Below, piece by piece: positions 48,101 to 60,710 of a stretch of DNA of 64,000 bases. Source of the DNA: Podarcis cretensis (Eukaryota); contig OX638149.1 of assembly GCA_951804945.1 (NCBI GenBank), positions 101,618,001 to 101,682,000 of the forward strand. Direction: 5' to 3'. The translations under genes and the position numbers were made by a program. The notes beneath the pieces are model-generated. The model was not told the DNA's origin. It saw only the letters and a program-made list of their open reading frames with translations, and did no database searches. Position 1 is the first letter of the stretch; each line of letters starts with the position of its first letter.

Positions 48101-51100
48101 TGAAATACACTAAATAACTCATCATAGGTTAAGAGGACGGAGCCCAACATTGAAATGAATTAGGTACATAAGACCATTAAGAACAGTACAAATAATGAGC
48201 CAATGGCAATCTTGGCCATAAAATTATTCACCTTATGTGAACATAAACCCTCCACATTGGGGAATGTTGAGAGGTGCTATAGAGGTATTTTTCTCCTATT
48301 AAGAGAACTAAGAATGAGAATTTGTCTTGTGTCAAACTTCTCATATCTGGAAAACTCTATCCACTTTCTGATGTTGTGTTAAGTTTTGAGAGGGTGTTAG
48401 TCTCTATATCAGTCCACCAGTTGTGCACTCCCCACCACAGATGGTCAGTTTCTCGGTTGCAAAATGGGGGTAATATGACTAATTTCCAAGGTTTTCCTGC
48501 ACAAAGTTTGCAAAGTACTCTTTAAAGCAGGGATGACAAGCCTGTGAACCTCCAGATGTTGGATGTTGCTAAATGACCTGTCCTGGTCACTCTAAACTAG
48601 ACTTCTGATTCAGGTGCAGTGGAGCACACGATTTATCCATCCCAGTCAGCTGTCCAATGGAGAATAGAGAGGGGATGGCATATTGTTCTTTGCATCAGGC
48701 AACAAAATATTTTGGGGTGGCTCTGGGTCTGAGTATAAGGCAGCTCCTTATATTTCTTCCTTGAATTCTAGCAATATTGTTACTAAAACATCAGTAGGTA
48801 TACCACAGCCTATTTAAGGCCTACATAAACTTGATTTGGTGTTTAAATGCAATGATTTCTATCTGGAACATAAGAAAGATCAGGAAACGCGAGAATAAGG
48901 TAGTTGCAGAAGAGAACAAAAAGAGAACAAACAAAGAATATTATACCTGAAGATGGCAGAAAGAGCAAAGCAAAGAATTAGTTGCAGAGGAACCCATGTG
49001 AAAGCAGCAACAATAAAATACCAGGCTACAAAATGTAGTAGGGCAGACCAGAAATATGTCATATTTCTCAAGGATATTGGTTTTAATCAAGTTTAAGATG
49101 GCTGCATCTTGAGATTATTGCTACATAACAGGAGTTGAATAGCACATCTGTCAAGTTCCTTCCTGGCTTGCCAATCTACCACAAAGGTAGAAATGAAGAG
49201 GCTATTAAGAATGAATTAGCATCTTACGGTACTCTTTCCAAGTTGAGTTTTAAGAAGACTAAACCATCGCAGTTAGATATAAACAAGATTGCCCAGATTT
49301 CCCTCTTGAGAAGCAAAAAGTCACCTTTTCTAAGGATGTTAAGGTAGCAGTTTTCACAAGTACCCAGCCTACAAAAGCTGGGTAATTTTGGCTAATAAGT
49401 AGGCTATCACGGCATGACAACGATAGCACTGAAAAGGAACTAGGTAAGGAATAGGAAACAATAACAGTTATTCTGATGCACTGCAAAAATGTCAAAGTAG
49501 GTTTTGACAATGGCAATGATAAAAGATTTGTAATGTCATGTCACTTGAGTGAAAGCTTACAATGCAATAAAAGGGAATCTTCCATTTATCAGGACCATGA
49601 CACTATTGCTACTTGCAGTGAGAACAACCCTGACTGAAATAAGAATAACAGCCCTGACTGAGCAAACAGCATTTTTAAAGGACAACCTTAGCCTTAAAGG
49701 ATACCACGTAAATAGCAACAAAATGAAGCTATAGAAAAGGCAGTGGCTACTATTGCTTTTATTAAATATAATTTCTGTCTTTATATCAACCTCTTAAATA
49801 TTTGATAGAAGCAAGTATTTTAATTTTGGTTTTTTAATGATTAGAAGAAATGCAATTAAGTTGTCCAATCAATCAACATATTTGATGACAGGGTAGAATG
49901 ATAACAAAATATGTGCAGTGCCCCATATGGCAGGTGATGGTTCCTACTGGCTAAGAATCCACGTCTCTCAAGTTAGGCCACAGTTGCAAAGACTTGAGAA
50001 GCAATTATACTTTCCCACCTTTTCCTAATATTACAGAAGATACTTTAGCTCTGATTAGGTCCAGACCTCTGATTCTCTGGGAAACCCATATAACTCTTAT
50101 TCCTGTACATTTGACTGGTAACCAAGTGCTGGGGTATGAGATACTTCCTTCTGCCCTCCATGCACTCCTTCCTTCACCTTCTACCTACATAGACTCTTTC
50201 ACTGGAAATGAACTGCAGCATATATTTGCTAAGCTTTGCTATCAAACTCATTTTGGAAACTAATCTAACATGAACATTGATAGTTGGCTATACTGAAGTC
50301 ACATAATTGTTGTTGAAGTAGTCACATATGCCAAACACTCTCTTAAACACTTCTCCCTCTTTTAAATATCCCTCCAATGGTGTTTAATGGAGGAGGGAGG
50401 TGCTTCAGAGAGCAGTTAGCCAAACCACTCTCTGAAGTGCCTCTCAGTCTCCTTTCAACAGCTCACCTGGGCTGCCTGCCACCCACCCTGCTTGCTTGCT
50501 TGCCTGCAATTTGGCAGCAATACAAACTATAGCATGACAACAGTTCTACAGTTTTATTATATATAGATATGCGCGCGCGCACACACACACACACATTTCA
50601 TTTACGTTTTCTACTGAAGTGAACATAGGTTAAATGAAATGCAAATGTTGTGAAACAGAATTTCCATTACAACCCATAGCTCAATAGATAGTGGTCTTTT
50701 TGTAGCAGCTGTCACAAGACTTATATGGTACCTGCTACCCTTCTTTTATCCAACTCAAATTAGGAAGAACTCACAGCTCACCAGTGCTGCAGAAATACTC
50801 GTCATAATTTGCTGTCGGTTTATTTCATTTATTACTTCTCTCCTCCTCCACCATGTAACACAAGTTGCTGTCTACTGTCGCTGATGTTGCACAACTGAAA
50901 AAGTGAAACTTTTAAAGGAATATGGAAGGACAAGATAGCTTTCAATAGTTTTGTCTGAAAGCACCACTGCAAATAAAGGTGAGCATTTTAAGGATTATGC
51001 AAATATGAGATAGCTTTGTAGGATTTTCTATGCAATTCATTACTGACAGTCAAGGAACTTTTAATTAGCATCATTGCTAAAATGTGTTAATGTATGTTCA

Positions 51101-51174
51101 ATTATAATATTTCAAATGTTAGTCATAGTCACTTTTGCATTGTCCATTCCTTTTTTTTGTGTCTTTCACTCCTC

Positions 51175-51201
<27 letters not shown>
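51175..51201. repeat. (GT)n microsatellite
   Basis: Direct observation. Confidence 0.9.
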
Positions 51202-51205
<4 letters not shown>

Positions 51206-53633
51206 AAATGCATAGTGATGAGAGAGCTTCCTCTGCTCCTTGTTGGGAATGGGCTCAATTAACAGAAATTTATGGGAGGACAAATCAATCTCACATTAAT
51301 TTGTATGAACTGGGCTCATTCTCATTTAGCACGGTGCCAGCATGAGGAGAAGTCATAGTGTGGGTTCCTGGAATATGACACAGGACATTTGCCTCTCATG
51401 CTTCTGAATATGAGAAAGAATGGTGCTGTAACATAAAACCCTATTCAAGAAAGAACTTGTACCTGTCTTGTAATAGCCCTCAACTGTGCTTACATTCTGA
51501 CAACCAGAACCAGCCATATAATGAGGCAGAATGAGGCATTTGCCTTGGATGGATCAGGACAGCTAGTGGATTGTGCCCTACATGGGAATACCTCCTGCTG
51601 CCACTGCTGTACTATGACTGGTCTGCACTCCCCACCTGTACACCATGGCTAAGCTCTGGCAACCTGCCGCCTTCCCACCAGGAATGGAGCAACATTGAAT
51701 GGAGCACCACCACCAACTCCAACAGAGCTCTCTGAGCCTACCAGAATTTATTCTAAGAAAGTGCTCTTTACCCACAGTGCTTCACTCTGAGGGAGATGGT
51801 CCCAAAGAGCACCTGTGTCATTGCTGCTGTGCAGCAACAATGAAAAATTCTGTTGGAGGCAATCTCCAGGGACATCTTACCCAAAATGTATGGGTGGTCA
51901 TGGTGTGACTGCAGGTCAAAGAGGAAGAAGGTGAAAGAGCAGGAATGATGGAGTGCATGGAAGAAAGCAGAGGCAGTGGTTGCAGAGGCCCAACACCAAA
52001 GGCAGCAGAAGAAACAGAGAGGGGGAGGCACTATAATGTTTTGTGACAACTAGATGTTGTCAGGGGCCAGATGCTAAGAAGATCATCGTATATTTTTGTA
52101 AATCAGAATTTTCAGAATGCACTGATCACCTTCTGAGCATAAAAAGTATAACTTGGCTCCCCAAAATGGAAGCAACCCACAGCAGTCCTGTTGTTTACTT
52201 TGAAGAGAGCATTGCTTTGGGTTAGGTCTCTCAGCAGGCAAGATAATCTTTTCAAGAGCACTGTGGTAGTACTCAAGAAGAAAAAGATGACTCAATTCTA
52301 AGCCATTACTAGTATGTAAGCCATATCTGGACTGCTGGGATCTAAATGCAACCTTGTCTTCCAGTCTCATTACAGAGAAAGTAACATTAGGTTTGTATTT
52401 ATATAAAAGTCCCATCAAGGTCTCATTTGTACATGCTGAGCTTTCCTAACCCAAATTATATACACTGAGATAGGGAGCTTTTTGCTGATACTTGGCAGCT
52501 GTCCAAAGTCTTCAAACAGCAAATGAAGAACAGAACACTCTGAGCTGCATTTTAATTTCCATCTTATTTCAAAACAGGATACATGTCCTCTACTCAATCA
52601 ATTCAGGATAGAGATTTAGTATGTAAATCTTCAGCTCTTACAGGTGCTATGAGCTTTTAACTCAGATACCTTCCCTACTACTTTTTTCAAAGATATTTTT
52701 GTTCTTGTCATAAAAAGCTATTTCCCACTTTGTTCTTCAGCTTTCTTTGCATAAATAGTATACCTTTGTGTTCTATTTATTTTTAATTAATTTTTCAGGT
52801 TCAAATACTTCTACTATGATCTTCTGCCATTGTAATTTCTTTCCTCATTCCCACTCAAAAATTTCTTCTTAAAAATAGATATTGATATATTGTAAATAAT
52901 AAGATTTTAAAAAGTTTTTAGAGGGTTTTTTCTGCTCTGATTTGTGTGTATAGTTTTAGACTGATGAGAGAATATTCACATAGAAGTTTTATGTTATTTG
53001 TGGGGTATATTCATTTTATCATGTGTGTGTATGTGTGTCTTCCATTAATACAAATTAGCTTAGTTACCTAACCTTATAATGTTCACATTCATTTCTTTGT
53101 GACTGCACCATGATGTGAACTCACCGACATTTATCCCAGCTTCTGATTACTGAATTTGTTTGGATGTTTCCCAGGCCAATTCGATAAATAAGATTGCATC
53201 TTCTCCGCAGTCAGAGTGAATAGTCCAAATGGAGTAGCATATCAGCACCACACTGTACAATAAATTTTCATGCAATGAAAACCATTGCACAGCACTTTCC
53301 CCAGATTTCTTATACTAGCAGCAGTATCCAATCTTGTTCAGGCACTTGAAGAAATGCACATATAAGAGAAGTCCAAACAAAGGTGAAGGCAAACCTGGCT
53401 GTCAAAGGCATTCACAAAGTGTCATCTGACCCATTCTGACCAGTTGCAGAAAGAAGCTCACTTCAAACCCCTGTCAGCTCAGCATTCTGAGCCCATTCTT
53501 TAGTACTAGGCTAATAAGTCAAAGTCATTCCAGGCCCAAAATTTTAGGTTTTAAATGACTATTTTAATAGACTTGGGACACTGTTGTGTGTGTCATGAGG
53601 AACATGAATAAAGAGTTTCAACACCTGAATACA

Positions 53634-53636
<3 letters not shown>

Positions 53637-53697
<61 letters not shown>
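53637..53697. repeat. (CT)n(CA)n compound microsatellite
   Basis: Direct observation. Confidence 0.95.
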
Positions 53698-55507
53698 AAA
53701 ACAACATATATTCCTCCCAAATGTCTTTATGTGGAATGTAATCATTTGCGAATGAGACTATGGCATAAAAAAAAAAATGATTCATTTCAAAGGAGTTGTA
53801 TAAGTGAGTTTACAGACCAGTGCTCTGTTCTTTCTACAGATAGATAACTAGAAATGCATAAATAAATACAGCATTTTTGTGGTGGGGAGAGAAAAAGAGA
53901 ACATCCGCTTGTTTTGTTTTCTGAAAAGAAACCTTTACTTTGTATGATGGATGACAAACAAAATGGTTCTAGGGCACTGTTACTGGAGCACAACTGGCTA
54001 ATGTCATTTGTAGATTCCAGGTTTAAGCCTATTTATTGTTTTTTTTTCACATAACATCAGTGAATATGTATTTCCATATACAAGAGGGAGGTGTCCCTCT
54101 TACAATAGAGTAAGAACACAACACAACTGCATAAAGTTCCCTAATCTCTAAGATTGGTAAATTGTTTCAGCTGTGAAGACTGTGTACAACACTTTCCACA
54201 GCTAAAATTCCCACTTATAAAAGAGGGTCTAATCCTGTTATGAGCCAGATCCAAAGGTACAGCTTTATATTTTCCATTGAATGATTAACCATATCCCGTA
54301 ACAGATAAATTTTACATCTTGGGATATCAATTACAAAATGCCAGTGGATCAACAGTAAGCATTTAATAGAAAATGACATGCTATTATATTTCATTGACCA
54401 AAACAATTTGTTGTTATGAGCCGTCCTTTTAATTTTGCATCAAGTCATTCTGTTGTGCATACATAAGACAGACAAGCAGAGATCTGAGATTGTGGATTAG
54501 CAAACATAAAAGTAAAATTAGAACTAAAACTACTGAGGCCCTACTAACATCACGTTTTCTGGAAAATAATCATTTTCCTGGATTTTGAAGGCTTCCAGCA
54601 ATTGAAAAGATGAATGTTTATACACATAAAGGGAAAGATATCCACATTTAGGATGCATTCGTAACATGAGGCTTATTGCATTAAAGGCTAGTTCTTCTGT
54701 TCCATTTTCCATCTTTCCTTTCACAATGCACACACCTCTTCCATCAAATCTCAACTGCAATACCACCATGTTGCAGTAACTGTCATTCACACAGCAGGAA
54801 CAAGCAACTAATGTCAACAGAGTTATTGGTCCCACTTACGCTACGGTTTCCCCATGATTCATTGCATTCCTCTCCCTCTACATTCTGCCATTATTCTGGG
54901 CTTTACCTTTTCGGCATGACTTTCAGTGCTAAAATACTGGCACATTCTGTCACAAAGAAAAACAGGTGGGGAGCACTGTACATGTTGGTATGCCGCCTCA
55001 TAGCTTGTCACATGAGCAGCTGTGGTGTAAAAAGCTGAAAATTGTGGGGAAATTGCCGTGCAAAACTCTCACAATTTTCCAGGTTAAGGGGTTTGGAAAT
55101 GGATGTTTCCCAGAATCAAATAACACAGAAATGAGTGATAAACTTGCATTCTATTTCACAAAATTCCCTAAGTTCTCCAGAAGGGGTAACTCTTAGCAGG
55201 TTAATATGGGAGGAATGATAGTGGAGTTGGTGAGCAGAGCAAGCCAGGATACATCCCCTAGTATCTGTATGCTTTATTCTTATTTATACGTGTTGATTCA
55301 TTATATTTGGGAGTATAATACAAGTATCGGGTTGCGTACAAAATTATTTGTACAAGGCTCATGCAACTGAACTCCTCTCCCTTTCCCCATCGCCCCTTGC
55401 TCCTCAAATCTCTTCTGGAAGTTCACTCTACCCTTCAGAGCAGATTTGTAGGAAGCATGTGAGGGGGCAGGCAATGAGAGGGAGGGGAAGTTTGTATAGG
55501 TTTTACT

Positions 55508-55643
55508 CAGGCATAGGCAAATTTGGCCCTCCAGATGTTTGGGGACTACAACTCCCATCCTCCCTAGCTAACAGGACCAGTGGTCAGGGATGATGGGAGT
55601 TGTAGACCCAAAACATCTGGAGGGCCAAGTTTGCCTATGCCTG
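55508..55643. mobile_element. Palindromic hAT (Charlie-like) MITE
   Basis: TIRs CAGGCATAGGCAAA / TTTGCCTATGCCTG; interior is a reverse-orientation relative of 19936-20071; TSD poorly conserved. Confidence 0.85.
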
Positions 55644-55672
55644 GTCTGGTTGTTGTCTTTATAGCAGATAAA

Positions 55673-56018
55673 GGTAAAGGGATCCCTGATCATTAGGTCC
55701 AGTCATGGCCAACTCTGGGGTTGCGGCGCTCATCTTGCTTTATTGGCTGAGGGAGCTGGCGTACAGCTTCTGGGTCATGTGGCCAGCATGACTAAGCCGC
55801 TTCTGGCGAACCAGAGCAGCGCACGGAAATGCCGTTTACCTTCTCGCCACAGCGGTACCTATTTATCTACTTGCACTTTGATGTGCTTTCGAACTGCTAG
55901 ATTGGCAGGAGCAGGGACCAAGGAACAGGAGCTCACCCGTCGTGGGGATTCGAACCGCGACCTTCTGACCGGCAAGTCCTAGGCTCTGTGGTTTAACCCA
56001 CAGCGCCACCCTCATCCC
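55673..56018 (-). mobile_element. Sauria SINE, full length
   Basis: Reverse complement of the 39564 element; 14-bp TSD TTAYAGCAGATAAA (55659-55672 and 56019-56032, one mismatch). Confidence 0.93.
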
Positions 56019-57933
56019 TTACAGCAGATAAACATAGGAAAATTAGCACAAATTGAGAGACATGTCATGTTCAAGCATTACTGCTGCAAAACCTCCATTT
56101 GTTTTAATGGGATGTGCTCATGATCTCTACATACAAAGTGCCCCCTGAAATTACTGGAGGATTAGAGTAGTAGTAAGAAGCACAAAGGACAAAGTTGCCA
56201 CAGTGTCTGAGTTTAAAAAACTTTTTTTTTTCTGAGAACAATGAGGGGGTTCATCTGGCAGGTTTTTCTGTCATTTACACTGAAGAGAGCTTCTGTTGCA
56301 AGCCTTGTCTGCCCATCCCACCCCCCACACCCATTGACAACAGTGTGATTAGTAAATTGTAGAGCCACAACAACAATTCCTAAGCATCTTTATTAGAAGG
56401 CTTTCAGTTCCTTTTAAGCTTCCTCCATAGTGTTTTTATTTTGTCTCCTTTCGTAAGTGTAATTACACAGAGTTTTGTAATTGCTCCGTACTCTATAATT
56501 ACAGAAAATGCTTTTCTTAGTGAGAGAATTGTGTAAGGACTGCCAAATCATGGTGTGATATAGAGGCCCAGAATGTACACAGTGTACAAGTGGAAAGGAC
56601 ATTGTTCCATGGAAGATATTTTATATATTTTGTTGCACAACAATAAAGTATAATATCTAAGCATTTTTCGAACCAATCAGTTCTGTGCTTGAATAGTTTC
56701 ATGCAACATTCTGTTCTTGGAATGTATGCATGTTTACTAGTAAATGGATTTGCAATAATTATTGATAATGCACTGAAGCAGGCATGTTGTCCATTTAGGA
56801 AAGGTGTTCACAGCATTTCTGTTTTCCTCATGGCATTACCAACTATATTTTCAGTTGGTCACACTGCCATTTAATGTTTTTTAAAGGTTTTGTTTTTATA
56901 TGCTATTTTAGCTCACCCAGTTCTGAGATCATGGAAAAGTCACAATAAAAATATTTCTTATAGTGGACAAAATTCTGTATTTCTATGTGACCAGGCAAAA
57001 CTAAGTATGTTGTGCTAGAGAGTTGCATACCAAACCTTGCATTTCTCTTAGTAGAACAATTACTTCAAGCTTATAAATATTCACTTCTCTGTTACTGTTG
57101 TTAACCAAGGCTGTTAGATTCACGGGGAACAATGACTTGTGCAGAGCCATAAACTGTGGCTCTGAGACCCAAATTCTGTTCATCTTGATCACTACATAGA
57201 CAACCATGGTAGTCCCATCATTGCTCCCATTTCCATAGCTTCCAGAACCACTCCTGCTCCTTCTCTCTTGCTTTCAACCAGCTCCCTAAATCCTCGAAAA
57301 CACTCTGTTGCAGGTAAATGCTCCTCTGGTGACTAGTCCTTCTCTAAGCACCATATCAAAGCTGGTTCAGGTATTTGCCACTAAAATGATTCAGCTCTCA
57401 CCCACATTGACTGAATCATTTCAGTTTTCTATGGAATTATTTATTTGAAAGTATTCAGCAAATTAAAATAATTCTACTGATGAAAAACTTACCATGTCAC
57501 AGGAAAGGCAAGGAAATTAGCATACTCACTGCTGAGATATGCTTTAATATGGCAGTGTCTAGAATTCAGTACTTAGGTCCAGAAATTGCAACTGCAAACT
57601 CAGCTACAAAGTTCACTACCTGCCATGGGCCCTAGATTGGGAGATGGCCAGGACAGGACAGGCCAGGAGCCGTGGCCAATGGAAAGGGGTCCAGCAAGCT
57701 GGGAAGGTCAGGACAGCCCAAGGAAAAGGATCATGGGGAAGTTCCTAGTGGGGGAATTTCCTTAGCTCATCTCACATTACAACCAGGCATAGACTCCACG
57801 TCTGTCTCCAGATCTGGCAGGTTCCGGCTCATCCACTTTGCCTATTGCACCATCAGCTACACCTCTGGAGTTTTCCGAAACCATGACTAGCTCTGCCTTT
57901 CCAGGAAAGGGGGTTTCCTAGCCTGTTCCATCT

Positions 57934-58078
57934 ATAGAATCTTAGAATTGTAGAGTTGGAAGGGACCACAAGGATAATCTAGTCCAACCCCCTGTAGTGC
58001 AGGAATCTTTCGCCCAATGCAGGTATCGAACCCACAACCTTGAGATTAAGAGTCTCATGCTGTACCAACTGAGCTGTC
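57934..58078 (-). mobile_element. tRNA-Lys-derived SINE with CR1 3' tail (POM-type lacertid SINE)
   Basis: Minus strand AGCTCAGTTGGTACAGCATGAGACTCTTAATCTCAAGGTTGTGGGTTCGA...TTGGGCG (tRNA-Lys CTT-like) fused to a CR1 tail (ccttccaactctacaattctaagattcta). Confidence 0.88.
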
Positions 58079-58287
58079 TCTGAGTTGGCAGTAGAACATG
58101 CTCCATTGTCCAAATCACAGAGGCACCAATGCAGGCATGAACAGACAAGATTGGCTAAGTCTTCTTGGTGAAGTGCTAGGTTGACTGCTTAATCTAAGGG
58201 TCAAAACTGCTTGCCATGCTATGTTGAGCCTGCCCCATTCCTTATCACAGGATTGCAGGGGCATGCAACTGTTGAATCAATGTATTT

Positions 58288-59098
58288 GTGCTTCGATCCC
58301 CAAAACCCATCCCGTATAGAAATAAAGACACAGTGGAGACAGAATTTAGTTTAAATGTTAATGGGCAAATTTTGGCCACAACTTTATTAAAATACACAAA
58401 TGTGACTGGTATTGGCTTAGGCATTGGTATCAAAGTATATCTGGCTTCTGCCCCATCCTGCAGGAAGTCTGGAAGGGTAAACAACCAGCAGGGGGATCTC
58501 CGTCAGTGTATATTGACTGGTGCTCATCCCTGGGGTTCCCGGGGGTCCTGGCATGGCCCTAGCACCTCTCTGGGCTTCGGATGAGATCCGGACCCCCAGA
58601 TTCCTTTAACAGAATACCCTATTCATTAGAGGGGCAAGTGATGGCCGCACCTCCCCTCCCCACATCCCCCTAAACCAATGCCTAACCGCCAAACCTTACA
58701 AAGTTGTGACAATTGCTAAGAGGTAGGCAAAAACCAAGTGGCCACAGCCAATCTGCCACATTGGAAAAAATTCCTACCTGGCCCCCATTCCAAAAACAGG
58801 CGACCAACCGAAGTCCAAAGCAAGGCCAAACACAACCTAATTAACAGGTGGGTGGGTGGGTGTTCAGCAGCGCGAAGCAAAAGGAGGTCCCTACATCATG
58901 CTGCCAAATAGATACCCCCAACCCCCAACCTTGCCATGCTGCTGATTGGCTAAAGGCCATTGGCATAACTGTGGCACCACCAGCTTGGAGCGGGGCAAGC
59001 CCCGCTCACAAGCCAGTTAGGGAAGAGTTTCAGGGCTGAGCACAACATGGACCCTCTGTTAGGAGGATCCAACTTACTTTTGTAGCCACGTGTAGCAC
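58288..59098 (-). mobile_element. Non-coding DIRS/Ngaro-like (tyrosine-recombinase) retroelement remnant
   Basis: Minus-strand AATAAAGTTGTGGCC motif, nested internal inverted repeats, short inverted ends GTGCTTC/GTAGCAC and no evident TSD. Confidence 0.5.
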
Positions 59099-60387
59099 TA
59101 ATCTGAGCATTAAAGATTTTGGTAGAAACCTCACCCTGAGTTTGAGTTGTTCATCAGGTTGAAGCCAGGACACTGCCAAGGCACCTTATTATTTATTTAT
59201 TGGTAAACACAAAAAATATGCATTCAATAATAAGGTGAAACAGTTTGCACCAGGGAATCACCCATCAGTCTCAGCTAGGGCAAAAATGGGAAGGACAGGT
59301 CTTCATTGGGTTCTAGGACACAATGCAAACAACTGATGTCTTCATTAACTTCTGTTCACTTTCCTCAGGCACCTGAAAGCTACATAAATTGTTTACAAGC
59401 TGCAAATGGATGCTGATGATCCCATTCAAGTGACCTCTTTTACAGACAGTTTTGAGATATAGAGAGGTAATTATGGTATCCACATCTCTGAATAAATCCT
59501 GCCTAGTATATTCATTTACTCTGCTCTACATAAATACACTATCTGAAATAAATCCAGCACTGTCAGATGTAGTTCTGCCTAAACATAATATTTAAATAAA
59601 GAAGAAAGGGAAAGGGTCATTATATGCCACTGATTAGCAAAAAGATGAATGCACCTTGTCTGGAAAGCTTATAAAATGAGAGCTAGAAATATAGGAAAAA
59701 ATATTTTTGCTCCTTCTATTCTTGTACATCAAGCCTGTTACTAGGGATACATAATTCTGTCCATTTCAGTTTCTCATTTTTTTCAATCACAAGTTCATTT
59801 TTCCACATTTCCACATCAGTTCACAAATATTGTTTTAAAAATTCATTAAGAAAAATTCACCAGCATTTTAGTGGACATAATTTTTCTATTTTTGTGTGTG
59901 ATATTCCTTAATATACACATCCTTGCAAGCAATTTCCTCTGGTTAATGCATTTTAAGCACACTTTCTTTCTTTCTTTTTCAAGCACACTTTCTTGAAACA
60001 CGAATGTTTTTGTACACTTTTTTCCGGTGGGAGAATTGCATTGCAAACATAGGTTCTACATTCTTCATATAGTCAATGGTCAGTTTTGCTGCCGTGATTA
60101 AACTCTGCACGTTCATAGATAAAATAACAAGAAAATTACCCATTCTTATATGCAAAACAAACTTAATAAACTTAAGAAAGTGCAGGTAGCTACTGCCAAA
60201 ATCTATGCGCATATATATCCCTTATAAGTCTGCTCTTGTACACAACCATTTAGAAATGTTGAACATTTGTTCTAGGTGGCATGGGATGAAAATAACCCTT
60301 CAATCTCTTAATTGGTTGTATACAAGAATAGACTTGTCAAATTGTGCTCAGTTCAGAATGCTGCACTGTAAGACAGATATAAACATT

Positions 60388-60710
60388 TTGGAATAGCTCC
60401 AAGGGCAAGGAGGATGGTCTTCAGAATAAGAAACAGAATGAGGAAAGGTTTAAGGAACTGGGTATGATTGGCCTGGAGAAAATGGAGGAGGATATGATAG
60501 CTTTCTCAAAATACTTGAAGAGTTGTCACATACGGGAGGACAAATACTTGTTCTTTGCTGTGTGAAGAATAGCATTAAATCTAATGTGGCTAAGATACAA
60601 GAGGGTAGATTTCTGAAGTACATCGGAGTAAACTTTTTGATGGTAAGGGAAGTTCAACAATAGAAGCAATTACCAAGACTCTCCTTCACTGGAAGTCTTT
60701 GAGCAGAGGC
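60388..60710 (+). mobile_element. CR1 LINE 3' fragment, degraded
   Basis: gaggaaaggtttaaggaactgggtatg...gatatgatagc...ccttcactggaagtcttt. Confidence 0.75.

Noticed and set aside
58004-58078. tRNA-Lys(CTT)-like gene
   Set aside because: The acceptor stem is degenerate and it is fused directly to a CR1 tail, so it is a SINE head, not a tRNA gene.
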